Below are positions 46,354 to 55,308 of a stretch of DNA of 64,000 bases, piece after piece; position 1 is the stretch's first letter; the number at the start of each line of letters is the position of its first letter. The notes beneath the pieces are model-generated. The model ran no database searches, was not told the origin of the DNA, and worked only from the letters and a program-made list of their open reading frames with translations. The position numbers were made by a program, and so were the translations under genes. Origin of the DNA: Candidatus Latescibacterota bacterium (lineage in GTDB: Bacteria; Latescibacterota; UBA2968; UBA8231); NCBI GenBank assembly GCA_965203175.1, contig OZ241867.1, positions 6,515,470 through 6,579,469 of the forward strand. Direction: 5' to 3'.

Positions 46354-47958
46354 CTACGGCTCCTCCCGGTACTCAGGCACACTCTCCACCTCAAACGCCG
46401 CGACGTTACGGCTCTCCCGGCTGAACTCCACTGCAATCAAGTGAATCGGCTCGCCCCGAGCGCGGTATTTGTCGGCGTACCGCCGCTCTTTCAATTGCTC
46501 CATCGCCGCGCCTTCGGGTACCAACTCCACCACTTTGAATTCGAATAGGTACACGTTGCCATTGAATAACACCGCCATGTCCAGACGACCGTGGCTGCTG
46601 CTGTCCTCCACGACGATGTCCAATCCCACCGACTCGAAGTAGGAGCAGAACACGCTGGCGCAATAGCCTTCGTAGTTGGCTATGTCATTGTTGGTATGCC
46701 ACTGATAGGGAATGCTGGCGAAGAACGCCTTGAATAGACTCTCTAGGCCGACGAAGTCGTTGACCAGCAACAGGTCGTACAATCGGGCACGGTGCGCTGT
46801 GTGCTGGGATGGGTTGTCGGTCAGGTGGTTCAGTAGGCTCCGGTTCAGGCTCTGGCGCACCTCTTGGTTGGGGTAGGACAGCCGATAGTACAGCTCCCCA
46901 CCGCGTGGCTCGGTGCGGCTAATGGTGAGGTAGCCGGTCTGGAACAGCAGGGCCTCGGTGGCGATGTGGTCAACGTCGAAGGCTGACAGCAAGTCGTCGC
47001 TGCCCAGCATGTTGTCCAAGCTCAACGCACCGACTCCGCGCGAGATCAGCGTCTCAACCAAGAACGTCGGCGTACCCGTCTCGAACCACCACGCGCCGAA
47101 ACGACGCCTGTCGAAGAGCAGGAGAATGTCGAACGGGTTGTAAACCTTTTCCTCTCCCAGCCAGCTATAGCCGTTGTACCAGCGGCGTATCTCGTCCCGG
47201 TCCAAGCCGGGAAGTTCCGGCGCGAATACCGTGTCCAAATCCGCATCAGTGTAGCCGCAGATGGCTGAGTAGCGAGGATCTAGCGTAATGTCCTTGAGAT
47301 TATTGAGGCCGGAAAAGAGGCTCACCTTGGAAAATTTGCTCACCCCGGTGAGAAACGTGAACTTGATGTGCGCGTCGCTATCCTTGATCGTCGCGTACAG
47401 GCCGCGCAGAAAGTCGCGGTTGGCGCGTGCGACCTCCGGTACATCGAGCGCGTCCAGAATCGGCTTATCGTACTCGTCAATCAGTACCGCCACCGGCTGT
47501 CCGGCTTGGTCGTACAGTGACTCCAGCAGATGGGCGAAACGCCCCGACGCCGTCGCGGACTTGACGACCACCCCGGCCCGGCGTTCGATGGCGGCCAATT
47601 GCTCTGGAAGGTTCGCTTGCAGGTAGCCCGGCTCTTTGAAATTGCCGCTGCCAAAGCTCAAGCGCACCACTGGATGGCGAACCGACCAGTCCCAGCGGTC
47701 GTGGATGTGCAGTCCCTCAAACAGCGGTTCGTTGCCCTCGAACAGTTCTTTCAATGTGTCCAGAAACAGGCTTTTGCCAAAGCGCCGCGGACGCGACAAA
47801 AAATAATGCTTACCCTCGTCCAGCATCCGACGAATGTAAGCGGTCTTATCCACGTAGTAGTAGTTCTCCTCGCGAATCTCACGAAAGGTCTGAATGCCGA
47901 TGGGCAGCTTTCGTCTATCTGTGCGCTCCGCCAATATGTTCGGACCCGAATTGCTCAT
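46354..47958 (-). CDS. AAA-ATPase-like + PD-(D/E)XK nuclease (DUF1703-type) protein
   Basis: KLPIGIQTF, YVDKT, SRPRRFGKSL, LIDEYDKP and GRLDM..LFEFK motifs. ATG 47958 overlaps the previous stop (ATGA). Confidence 0.93.
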   Translation of the reverse strand: MSNSGPNILAERTDRRKLPIGIQTFREIREENYYYVDKTAYIRRMLDEGKHYFLSRPRRFGKSLFLDTLKELFEGNEPLFEGLHIHDRWDWSVRHPVVRLSFGSGNFKEPGYLQANLPEQLAAIERRAGVVVKSATASGRFAHLLESLYDQAGQPVAVLIDEYDKPILDALDVPEVARANRDFLRGLYATIKDSDAHIKFTFLTGVSKFSKVSLFSGLNNLKDITLDPRYSAICGYTDADLDTVFAPELPGLDRDEIRRWYNGYSWLGEEKVYNPFDILLLFDRRRFGAWWFETGTPTFLVETLISRGVGALSLDNMLGSDDLLSAFDVDHIATEALLFQTGYLTISRTEPRGGELYYRLSYPNQEVRQSLNRSLLNHLTDNPSQHTAHRARLYDLLLVNDFVGLESLFKAFFASIPYQWHTNNDIANYEGYCASVFCSYFESVGLDIVVEDSSSHGRLDMAVLFNGNVYLFEFKVVELVPEGAAMEQLKERRYADKYRARGEPIHLIAVEFSRESRNVAAFEVESVPEYREEP

Positions 47959-49043
47959 TTCCACTCGTCGAACGGGTTCGCCGTATTCGCCAGCGGCAGC
48001 TCGACCCGCGCGCCAGCCATATGCGAGGCGTGAGCCATCATCGCCATTTCCAGATAGAGCCGCGCATTCTCCAGTTCTACCAACTCCCACTCTGGCTCCT
48101 TGCCCTCGATCATGTCGATCATAGACCGCGCCATGCGGCGGTGCGCGTTGAGCCATTTGTGCTCGTCCGGCGGCGGCGACGAGGGCACGACCTCCCAGCG
48201 CGGGTCGTCAATCAGCCCGGGGTTAACTAGCGGGTGGTAGTAAATGTCCGGCAGGTTGACCATCGGCCCAGGCAGCGACAAAGTTCCTTCCGTACCGTGA
48301 ATGTCAATGCGATAGGGATTCTCCTTCCCATCCCCCCGGTACGACTCAAAATCAGCAGCCACGCCGCCCGGAAACTCGTAGTACGCCTTGATCCCGTCCC
48401 CGGCCACCAAGCCCATCCCTTCGACGCCTTCCTTTACATCCGCCGGCGTCGCGCTGCGTCCATCCTGAGTCAGATGCGCATGGCACCACAGCGGCGCGCC
48501 AAATAACTGCCAGAGAAAGTCAAAGAAATGCGGATACAAGTCCAAAAACAGTTGATCTCCACCGTGCGCGCCGCCCATCCCATAGATCCGACACAGCCGC
48601 GGCTCGCCGATCTTCCCCGCCTTAATCTCCGGAATCGCCACCCGCTGGATCGGCGGATGCCCCCGCCACGGATGCGCCACCACCACCATCACTCCAGCCT
48701 TATTGCGCGCTGCGATCATCTGGTCAACTTGGGCAACCGAAGCCGCCACCGGCTTTTCGAGGTACACGTGCGCACCGCGCTCCACACAATTGAGCACCAA
48801 CGCCAAGTGATCGCCGATCTCCCGCGACGCCACCACCGCAATATCCGGCTGCTCCTCCTCTAACATCTCCACATAATCGGCATATCCCTTAGGTGCCCCG
48901 GTCTTGGCGACAGCGGCCTGGCGTCCCTCCTCATCGGGGTCAGCCAGCGCCACAATCTCCGCGCCTTCTACCCCGACAAACGCCATGTCGAGATAGTGGC
49001 CGTAGTTGCCGCGGCCCGTGTGCCCAATTATTCCAATTTTCAC
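47955..49043 (-). CDS. Gfo/Idh/MocA oxidoreductase
   Basis: IGIIGHTGRGNYGH and HVYLEKP motifs. Confidence 0.9.
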   Translation of the reverse strand: MKIGIIGHTGRGNYGHYLDMAFVGVEGAEIVALADPDEEGRQAAVAKTGAPKGYADYVEMLEEEQPDIAVVASREIGDHLALVLNCVERGAHVYLEKPVAASVAQVDQMIAARNKAGVMVVVAHPWRGHPPIQRVAIPEIKAGKIGEPRLCRIYGMGGAHGGDQLFLDLYPHFFDFLWQLFGAPLWCHAHLTQDGRSATPADVKEGVEGMGLVAGDGIKAYYEFPGGVAADFESYRGDGKENPYRIDIHGTEGTLSLPGPMVNLPDIYYHPLVNPGLIDDPRWEVVPSSPPPDEHKWLNAHRRMARSMIDMIEGKEPEWELVELENARLYLEMAMMAHASHMAGARVELPLANTANPFDEWK

Positions 49044-49061
49044 GCGCTACCTCCTCTTCGC

Positions 49062-50072
49062 TTAGCTTTTGGACAATTCCACTGCTCGTCCAGTCTCCAT
49101 AGACTCCTTCACCGCGTCCAGTACCCGCATCTGCGCGACGCTGTGCTCCGGCGTGATCCGATGCTCCCGTCCCTCGGCCAAGCACTCGCACAGGTGCTGC
49201 AACTGAAATGCAAACTGAAAGCAAGGCGGGATTTCGGCGACCTCCACCCCACTCGGCGTGCGATGTTCTATGGTCACGGCCCGATTCTCGTTATTCCACA
49301 CCTGATCTAGCCGCAACATCCCGCGGTGTCCAGAAATTTCCGCGTACTGCGAACTAAACGTATTAAAACCCACGGAAATCTGCGCGGTGCGCCCCCCGGA
49401 AAAGACGAGCACAATCGACGCGGCATCATCGGTCTCCAAGCCCAACTGCTGTGCGGCAAACACCCGCTCCGGCTCCTCGCCAAATATGAACCGCGCGTGG
49501 TGAACGTTGTAGCAGGCCAAGTCGTAGATACTGCCGCCGCCTTTGGCCTTGTTGAAACGCCAATTCGACTCGGGCGTGCGCTCTTGGAGCGAGGCCCCTG
49601 AACTGGTGCAAAACGTGCTCCGCACGCCGACCAAGTCGCCGACCTCACCGGCATCGAGCATGGCCTTGGCCCGCAAGTGCATGGGGTGATGACGAAATTT
49701 AAACGCCTCGGCTACGAGGACGCGATTTTTCTTTCCGGCTTCAGCAAAGGCTGCTGCTTCGGCGGCGTTTTGGGTGAAGGGCTTTTCGCAGAGTACGGCT
49801 TTTACCCGCCCCGAATCGCAGATCTGAATCCCAGTCTCCGCGTGAAAAGCGCCCCAAGTGCAGATGATGGCAATGTCGAGCTCGGCCTCGTGGAGCATGG
49901 CGTCGAGCTCAGTATAGCGCGCTGCAACGCCAAACTCCTCGCCGTAGCGCGCTAGTTGCTCGGCGGACACGTCGCAGATGGCGACGAGTTCGGCTTCGGC
50001 GATCCGTTGGCAGGCCTTGCCGTGAGCGCGGGCGATGCCCCCCGTGCCCACGAGGCCGACGCGATAGGCCAC
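49062..50072 (-). CDS. Gfo/Idh/MocA oxidoreductase
   Basis: VGLVGTGGIA, LCEKPF and GGGSIYDLACY motifs. Confidence 0.92.
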   Translation of the reverse strand: MAYRVGLVGTGGIARAHGKACQRIAEAELVAICDVSAEQLARYGEEFGVAARYTELDAMLHEAELDIAIICTWGAFHAETGIQICDSGRVKAVLCEKPFTQNAAEAAAFAEAGKKNRVLVAEAFKFRHHPMHLRAKAMLDAGEVGDLVGVRSTFCTSSGASLQERTPESNWRFNKAKGGGSIYDLACYNVHHARFIFGEEPERVFAAQQLGLETDDAASIVLVFSGGRTAQISVGFNTFSSQYAEISGHRGMLRLDQVWNNENRAVTIEHRTPSGVEVAEIPPCFQFAFQLQHLCECLAEGREHRITPEHSVAQMRVLDAVKESMETGRAVELSKS

Positions 50073-50099
50073 GGTATCCTCCTCGCGGTTGGTGGTTAG

Positions 50100-50567
50100 T
50101 TATACCTGTGGACTTAGGTCTTTGGGCTCAAACAGCCGCGGCCGCAAGTAAATGGGCGCTCCGAGGCGCGTCACCAACACCATGCCGTCGCTGGGCCGGC
50201 AATCGAGCACCCACTCGCCAGCCTCGGTCTCAATGTACAAGTTGGCGTGAAAGGTGTTGTCCTTGATGCTGTGGACGACGAGGTGCTGCACCTCGCCTTG
50301 CAGCTTCTCCAGCATCGCTTCCAACAGATCGTACGCCAGCGGGCGCGGGAAATCCTCTTCCCGCATGGCCCCGACCAACGCCCGCGCCTCGCAGTGGCCG
50401 ATGATGATGGGCAACGGCGGCACATCGTCGCCTTTGAGCACGACAGCTACCCCATCAGCACCAAAGTCGCGCACATCGACAATTTTGGCGGGAATGAGGT
50501 CAGCAGGGGGTTCTCGGCCACAGGCTGCCATTGCAAGGGCCGCCAAGGCCACGAGGAGCCGTTTCAT
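50100..50567 (-). CDS. Bifunctional nuclease (DUF151) family protein carrying a lipoprotein signal
   Basis: LPIIIGHCEARAL, PRPLAYDL, TFHANL and LDCRPSDG motifs. N-terminus MKRLLVALAALAMAAC after an AGGAG RBS. Confidence 0.85.
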   Translation of the reverse strand: MKRLLVALAALAMAACGREPPADLIPAKIVDVRDFGADGVAVVLKGDDVPPLPIIIGHCEARALVGAMREEDFPRPLAYDLLEAMLEKLQGEVQHLVVHSIKDNTFHANLYIETEAGEWVLDCRPSDGMVLVTRLGAPIYLRPRLFEPKDLSPQV

Positions 50568-50608
50568 TATATTGCTCCTTTTCGGTTTGAGTCTTTTGCA
50601 CACGGCCA

Positions 50609-50637
50609 ATTATAGGGGCTGTGGCCACGGCCTGCAA
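50609..50637 (-). promoter_or_regulatory. Sigma70 promoter for the DUF151/oxidoreductase/AAA operon
   Basis: Minus strand TTGCAG-N17-TATAAT. Confidence 0.65.
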
Positions 50638-50727
50638 AAGTGAACGGGACGGCAGCGGCACAAAAAAATGAAAACGCACGGGAATGAATAGAATCAGTCG
50701 ACTGTCTAATTAAGCAATATAGCTAAC

Positions 50728-50778
50728 CAGAACTGACCAGTCAGTTCTGTTGACAAGGGCCGAAGCCTCGTCTATACT
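50728..50778 (+). promoter_or_regulatory. TetR-type operator abutting the sigma70 promoter of the RND operon
   Basis: CAGAACTGAC-CA-GTCAGTTCTG, a perfect 10-bp IR (50728-50749), is followed directly by TTGACA-N17-TATACT (50750-50778). Confidence 0.8.
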
Positions 50779-50847
50779 TGTTTGGACGACACACGCCAAA
50801 GAAAGGAATCCCGTGGACAAAGCACACACAACGAGGATCTGCTCCAG

Positions 50848-52167
50848 ATGATAGCTCGCCAATATGCACTATACATCGGCAGCGTCTTGCTCCTCGCGCT
50901 AGGCTGTGGCGAGGAGGAGGAAGCAGCACAGGGTACCCGGCGCGGCGGTTGGGGCGGACGCGAAGCGGCAGCCATTCCGGTCAAAGGCGAGAAGGTCACT
51001 CGCGGCGACATGAGTGCCTACATTGAGACGTACTCCCGCCTCGAAGCCGAGCGCCGAGTCAGCGTATTGGCGCGCACGACCGGCTTGCTTGAAGAGCTAG
51101 CAGCCGAAGAGGGAGATCAAGTGCGCCAAGGCCAAGTGATGGTCCGCCTCAACAAGGACGAACTGCGCCTAAACTTGCGCCAAGCCGAACAGAATTTTGC
51201 CGACGCCAGCACCAACTACGACCGCATCAAGACGCTGTACGAGCGCAATATGGTCAGCCAATCCGAATACGATGCGGCCCACCTCCGATTGGACAATGCC
51301 AAGATTTCCCTCGAAGAAGCCCAGCTCAATCTCGCGTACGCGGACGTTACCGCGCCGATTGCCGGCGTCGTCACCCAGCGGTTGGTCGAAGTGGGCGACC
51401 TAGTGCGCGGCAATCAAGAAGTCTTTGTCATCGCCGACCGCGACCCGCTGTTGGTGCGCATCTTCGCGCCCGAGCAGCGCATGTACCAGTTGCACCCCGG
51501 CCAAGAGGCGACCATCGCGGTCGAGGCCCTGCCCGACACGAGCTTCCGCGGCCGCATCCGCATGATTAGTCCAGAGGTCGATCCCGCCAGCGGCACCGTC
51601 AAGGTCACCCTCGAAGTCGACAGCGGCGGCATCCTCAAACCGGGGATGTTCACCACAGTGCGCATTATTACCGAGCAGCGGCCCCAGACCTTGATCGTCC
51701 CCAAGAAGGCCCTGATCCTCGAAACCGACGAGGACGACGTCTTCCTCATCGAGGACAGCAAGGTGCGCCGGGTCGCCGTCGAGTTGGGCTTTGTCGAGGA
51801 CGATCAAATCGAGATCGTCTCTGGCCTCAAAGAAGGCGACCAAGTAGTAACCGTTGGCCACGAGGGCCTGAAAGACGGTGCGGCCGTGCGGCTGGCCGGC
51901 GAGGGCCTACCGACCCCAGAAGAATTGGCCGCCTCAGAGTCCGCTGAACCCCGAGGCGGAGGCTTCGGTCCGCCCGGGGGTAGGGGCGGCTGGCAGGGAG
52001 GCGGCCTGCCCGACAGCTTGCGCCAAATCATCGCCGAGTACCGCCGCCAAGGCAAGCCTCTGCCCGACAGCTTGCGCCAAGTTCTGCGCTCAATGCGCGA
52101 ACAGGGCGGCTGGCAGGGTAGAGGCGAAGGTAGGGGTAGGGGCGAAGGTAGGGGTAGAGGCCAGTGA
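50848..52167 (+). CDS. RND membrane-fusion (periplasmic adaptor) lipoprotein with Gly/Arg-rich tail
   Basis: Lipobox LGC; EEGDQVRQGQ, TAPIAGVV, LKPGMF and SGLKEGDQVV motifs. Start 50848 preferred over 50782. Confidence 0.92.
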   Translation: MIARQYALYIGSVLLLALGCGEEEEAAQGTRRGGWGGREAAAIPVKGEKVTRGDMSAYIETYSRLEAERRVSVLARTTGLLEELAAEEGDQVRQGQVMVRLNKDELRLNLRQAEQNFADASTNYDRIKTLYERNMVSQSEYDAAHLRLDNAKISLEEAQLNLAYADVTAPIAGVVTQRLVEVGDLVRGNQEVFVIADRDPLLVRIFAPEQRMYQLHPGQEATIAVEALPDTSFRGRIRMISPEVDPASGTVKVTLEVDSGGILKPGMFTTVRIITEQRPQTLIVPKKALILETDEDDVFLIEDSKVRRVAVELGFVEDDQIEIVSGLKEGDQVVTVGHEGLKDGAAVRLAGEGLPTPEELAASESAEPRGGGFGPPGGRGGWQGGGLPDSLRQIIAEYRRQGKPLPDSLRQVLRSMREQGGWQGRGEGRGRGEGRGRGQ

Positions 52168-55100
52168 AACTCGTCGAATTTTCCACTCGCCGTCGCGTCA
52201 CAGTGGCGATGCTGATGGTGGCGATCATCGCCTTCGGCGGCGTGGGCTTTTCGCGCCTAGCCGTCAACCTCCTCCCCGACATCACCTATCCCACCATCAC
52301 CGTCCGCACCGAATACGAGGGCGTGGCCCCCCTCGAAATCGAGCGCCTGATCTCCGAGCCGGTCGAGGGCTTGGTCGGCGTGGTCAGCAACGTGGTCCGC
52401 GTCTCGTCGATTTCGCGGCCGGGCATCTCCGATGTAGTCGTCGAATTCGGCTGGGGCACCAACATGGACTTTGCCTCGCTCGACATCCGCGAAAAGCTCG
52501 ATATGGCCAACCTGCCGCGCGACGCCGACAAGCCCATCCTCTTGCGCTTCGACCCCTCACTCGACCCCATAATGCGCTTGGCTTTTTACGGCAATTTGAG
52601 CCTGATGGAGATGCGGCGCATCGCCGAAGAGCGGCTGCGCCCCGATCTCGAAAGTCTCGAAGGCGTAGCCGCCGTCCGAATCAACGGCGGCCTCGAAGAA
52701 GAAATCCAAGTCGAGGTCGAAGCCCAGCGCCTCGCCTACCTCGGCATCTCCATCAACCAAGTCACCAGCCGCCTCGCCGCAGAAAACGTCAACCTGACCG
52801 GCGGGATGCTCAAGGACGGCGAAGCCGAGTTCCTCGTCCGCACCCTCAACGAGTTCCAAGGCATCGACGAGATCGGCGAAATCGTCGTCGGTCAGATCGA
52901 GCGCGCGCCGATCAAGCTCAAGGACGTAGGTCGCGTCTTCCGCGGCCACCGCGAGCGCGACCTCGTCACTCGCATCAACGGCCGCGAGGGCGTCGAAGTC
53001 TCGGTCTTCAAGGAAGGCGACGCCAACACCGTCCAAGTCAGCGCCGCGGTCCAGGAGCGCTTGGACGAATTTCTCGCCGAGAATGCCACGCTGCTCCAAG
53101 ACAGCGGCATGGAAGTGGTCTTCAACCAAGCAATCTTTATCCAGCAGTCCGTGGACGAGGTACTCAACACCGCCATCATCGGCGGCATCCTCGCCGTCAT
53201 CGTGCTCTTCCTTTTCCTCCGCGACCTCAAAAGCACCGCCATCATCAGTCTCTCGATCCCCCTCTCAGTGGTGGCGACCTTTTTCCTGATGTTCGGCTCG
53301 GACGTAAGCCTCAATATCATGTCGCTAGGCGGGCTGGCTTTGGGAGTCGGGATGCTGGTTGACAACTCCATTGTGGTCTTGGAAAGCGTGCAGCGCTACC
53401 GCGACCAAGGGCTCAACGTCTTAGCCGCGGCCGTGCGCGGTGCCAGCGAGGTCGGCCGCGCCGTCATCGCCGCCACCACCACCACCATCTGCGTGTTTTT
53501 GCCCATCGTCTTCGTCGAGGGCGTCGCCGGCCAGCTCTTCCGCGATCAAGCCCTGACCGTCACCTATTCGCTGGTCGCCTCGCTAGTGGTCGCCTTGATG
53601 CTAATCCCCATGCTCTCGTCGTTGAGCCTCGAAAGCATGATTGCCGAGCGGGAAGAGATCGGTCCCAAACGCGGCCTCCAAGGCCCCGCGCTCCTCATTC
53701 GTCTGATCCGCACTGTAGCTCGCGGTGCCGGTCGCGTCTTCTCCACCCTGCTCTTCCCGCTGTACTGGCTCTTCGACCTCGTCTTCAACGCGCTCAACAA
53801 AGCGTATCCGCTCCTTTTGAGTTGGGCGCTGCGTCGGCGTCTGATCGTCATCGCCATCTTTATTGCGATAGGGGCCTTAGTCCTCGAACGGGCGCGCGGC
53901 CTAGGACTGGAGCTGATCCCGGAGATGAGCCAAGGCGAATTCCTCGTCGATTTGGAATGGCGCGCTGGCACTCCGCTGGAGCAGACCGCCACCCAAGTTG
54001 CCGCCATTGACCGGCAGGTGCGCGGTCTCAATGGCATCGCCTCGGTCTTTTCCCTCGTCGGCAGCAGCGCCCAAGCCGGTGGCACGGCCGCGGACAAAAA
54101 GGAGCACACCGCCCACCTCCACGTGCGGCTCGCGCCGGAGGTCAGCGAAGAGGCGGCCATCGAAGCAGTGCGCGATCTTCTCGGGAATATCCCCGAACTA
54201 AAATTCAAATTCTCGCGGCCTGCGTACTTTTCCTTCCGCACTCCGGTAGAGGTGGAAATCCGCGGCTACAGCCTGAGCACCCTCGATCTGTTGGCCGACG
54301 AAGCGGTTGAGCGCATGCACACCATTCCCGGACTGACCGATATCCGCTCGAGTACGGCCGGCGGCCAACCCGAAGTCCAGATCTTCTTCGACCGCCGGCG
54401 CGTCGCCGAGCTAGGCACCACCGTGCAGAATATCGGCGAACTGTTGCGCAACAAGCTGCAAGGCGATGTCGCCACCGAACTAGCGCGCCGCGACCGCAAG
54501 GTCGATATCCGAGTCCGCGCGCTCGACGAGGAACGCCAGACCGTCGCCGACCTCAGGCAGATGGTCGTCAGCCCGGCCTCCTATCCCGTGCCGGTCGCAC
54601 TCGAATCGGTCGCCGATGTGCGGGCCGTGGATGGCCCCGCCGAGATCCGCCGCCTCGACCAAGAGCGCGTCGCCGTTATCTCGGCCAACCTCGACGGGCG
54701 CGATCTGGGCGGCGTAGCAGAGGAGATCGAAACCACCCTCGCCGACTTGCCCCTACCCGAGGGCTTCACCGTGTCTATCGGCGGCCAGAACGAGGAAATG
54801 GTCCGCTCCTTCGACAGCATGAAATTCGCCCTGCTGTTGGCCGTATTCTTGGTCTATTTGGTGATGGCCTCGCAATTTGAATCGCTTTTGCACCCGCTGG
54901 TCATCATGTTCACCATTCCCTTGGGGCTAATCGGCAGCGCCCTCGGCCTGCTCGCGACGGGCACCACCATCAGCGTAGTGGTGCTCATTGGCCTGATCAT
55001 GCTCGCCGGCATTGTCGTCAACAATGCCATAGTCCTCGTCGATTATATCAACCGTCTGCGCCGCGATGAGGGGATGGAAAAATTCGCCGCAGTGCTGCGC

Positions 55101-55304
55101 GCTGGCGAGGTGCGCTTTCGGCCCATTTTGATGACGACCTCGACCACCGCTCTCGGGCTATTGCCCATGGCCTTGGGGCTAGGTGAAGGAGCCGAGATCC
55201 GCACGCCCATGGCCATTACCGTCATCGGCGGGCTTTTGGTATCCACCCTGCTGACTCTGGTGCTCATTCCCGTGGTTTATACCCTGATGGATCGCAGCGC
55301 TTAG
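52164..55304 (+). CDS. RND efflux permease (AcrB/MdtB-like), subunit 1
   Basis: GMLVDNSIVVLE, GIVVNNAIVLVD and RFRPILMT motifs. Confidence 0.95.
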   Translation: MKLVEFSTRRRVTVAMLMVAIIAFGGVGFSRLAVNLLPDITYPTITVRTEYEGVAPLEIERLISEPVEGLVGVVSNVVRVSSISRPGISDVVVEFGWGTNMDFASLDIREKLDMANLPRDADKPILLRFDPSLDPIMRLAFYGNLSLMEMRRIAEERLRPDLESLEGVAAVRINGGLEEEIQVEVEAQRLAYLGISINQVTSRLAAENVNLTGGMLKDGEAEFLVRTLNEFQGIDEIGEIVVGQIERAPIKLKDVGRVFRGHRERDLVTRINGREGVEVSVFKEGDANTVQVSAAVQERLDEFLAENATLLQDSGMEVVFNQAIFIQQSVDEVLNTAIIGGILAVIVLFLFLRDLKSTAIISLSIPLSVVATFFLMFGSDVSLNIMSLGGLALGVGMLVDNSIVVLESVQRYRDQGLNVLAAAVRGASEVGRAVIAATTTTICVFLPIVFVEGVAGQLFRDQALTVTYSLVASLVVALMLIPMLSSLSLESMIAEREEIGPKRGLQGPALLIRLIRTVARGAGRVFSTLLFPLYWLFDLVFNALNKAYPLLLSWALRRRLIVIAIFIAIGALVLERARGLGLELIPEMSQGEFLVDLEWRAGTPLEQTATQVAAIDRQVRGLNGIASVFSLVGSSAQAGGTAADKKEHTAHLHVRLAPEVSEEAAIEAVRDLLGNIPELKFKFSRPAYFSFRTPVEVEIRGYSLSTLDLLADEAVERMHTIPGLTDIRSSTAGGQPEVQIFFDRRRVAELGTTVQNIGELLRNKLQGDVATELARRDRKVDIRVRALDEERQTVADLRQMVVSPASYPVPVALESVADVRAVDGPAEIRRLDQERVAVISANLDGRDLGGVAEEIETTLADLPLPEGFTVSIGGQNEEMVRSFDSMKFALLLAVFLVYLVMASQFESLLHPLVIMFTIPLGLIGSALGLLATGTTISVVVLIGLIMLAGIVVNNAIVLVDYINRLRRDEGMEKFAAVLRAGEVRFRPILMTTSTTALGLLPMALGLGEGAEIRTPMAITVIGGLLVSTLLTLVLIPVVYTLMDRSA

Positions 55305-55308
55305 GAGA

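Noticed and set aside
47959-48156. N-terminal extension of the AAA ORF in the track (likewise 11287-11634, 21481-21612, 30157-30234, 37704-37880)
   Set aside because: These overlap neighbouring genes or promoters; better starts with an RBS, signal peptide or ATGA coupling lie downstream.
51878-53362. 494-aa Arg/Pro-rich ORF overlapping the RND genes
   Set aside because: An alternative frame of the adaptor/permease genes; the composition is typical of off-frame GC-rich sequence.
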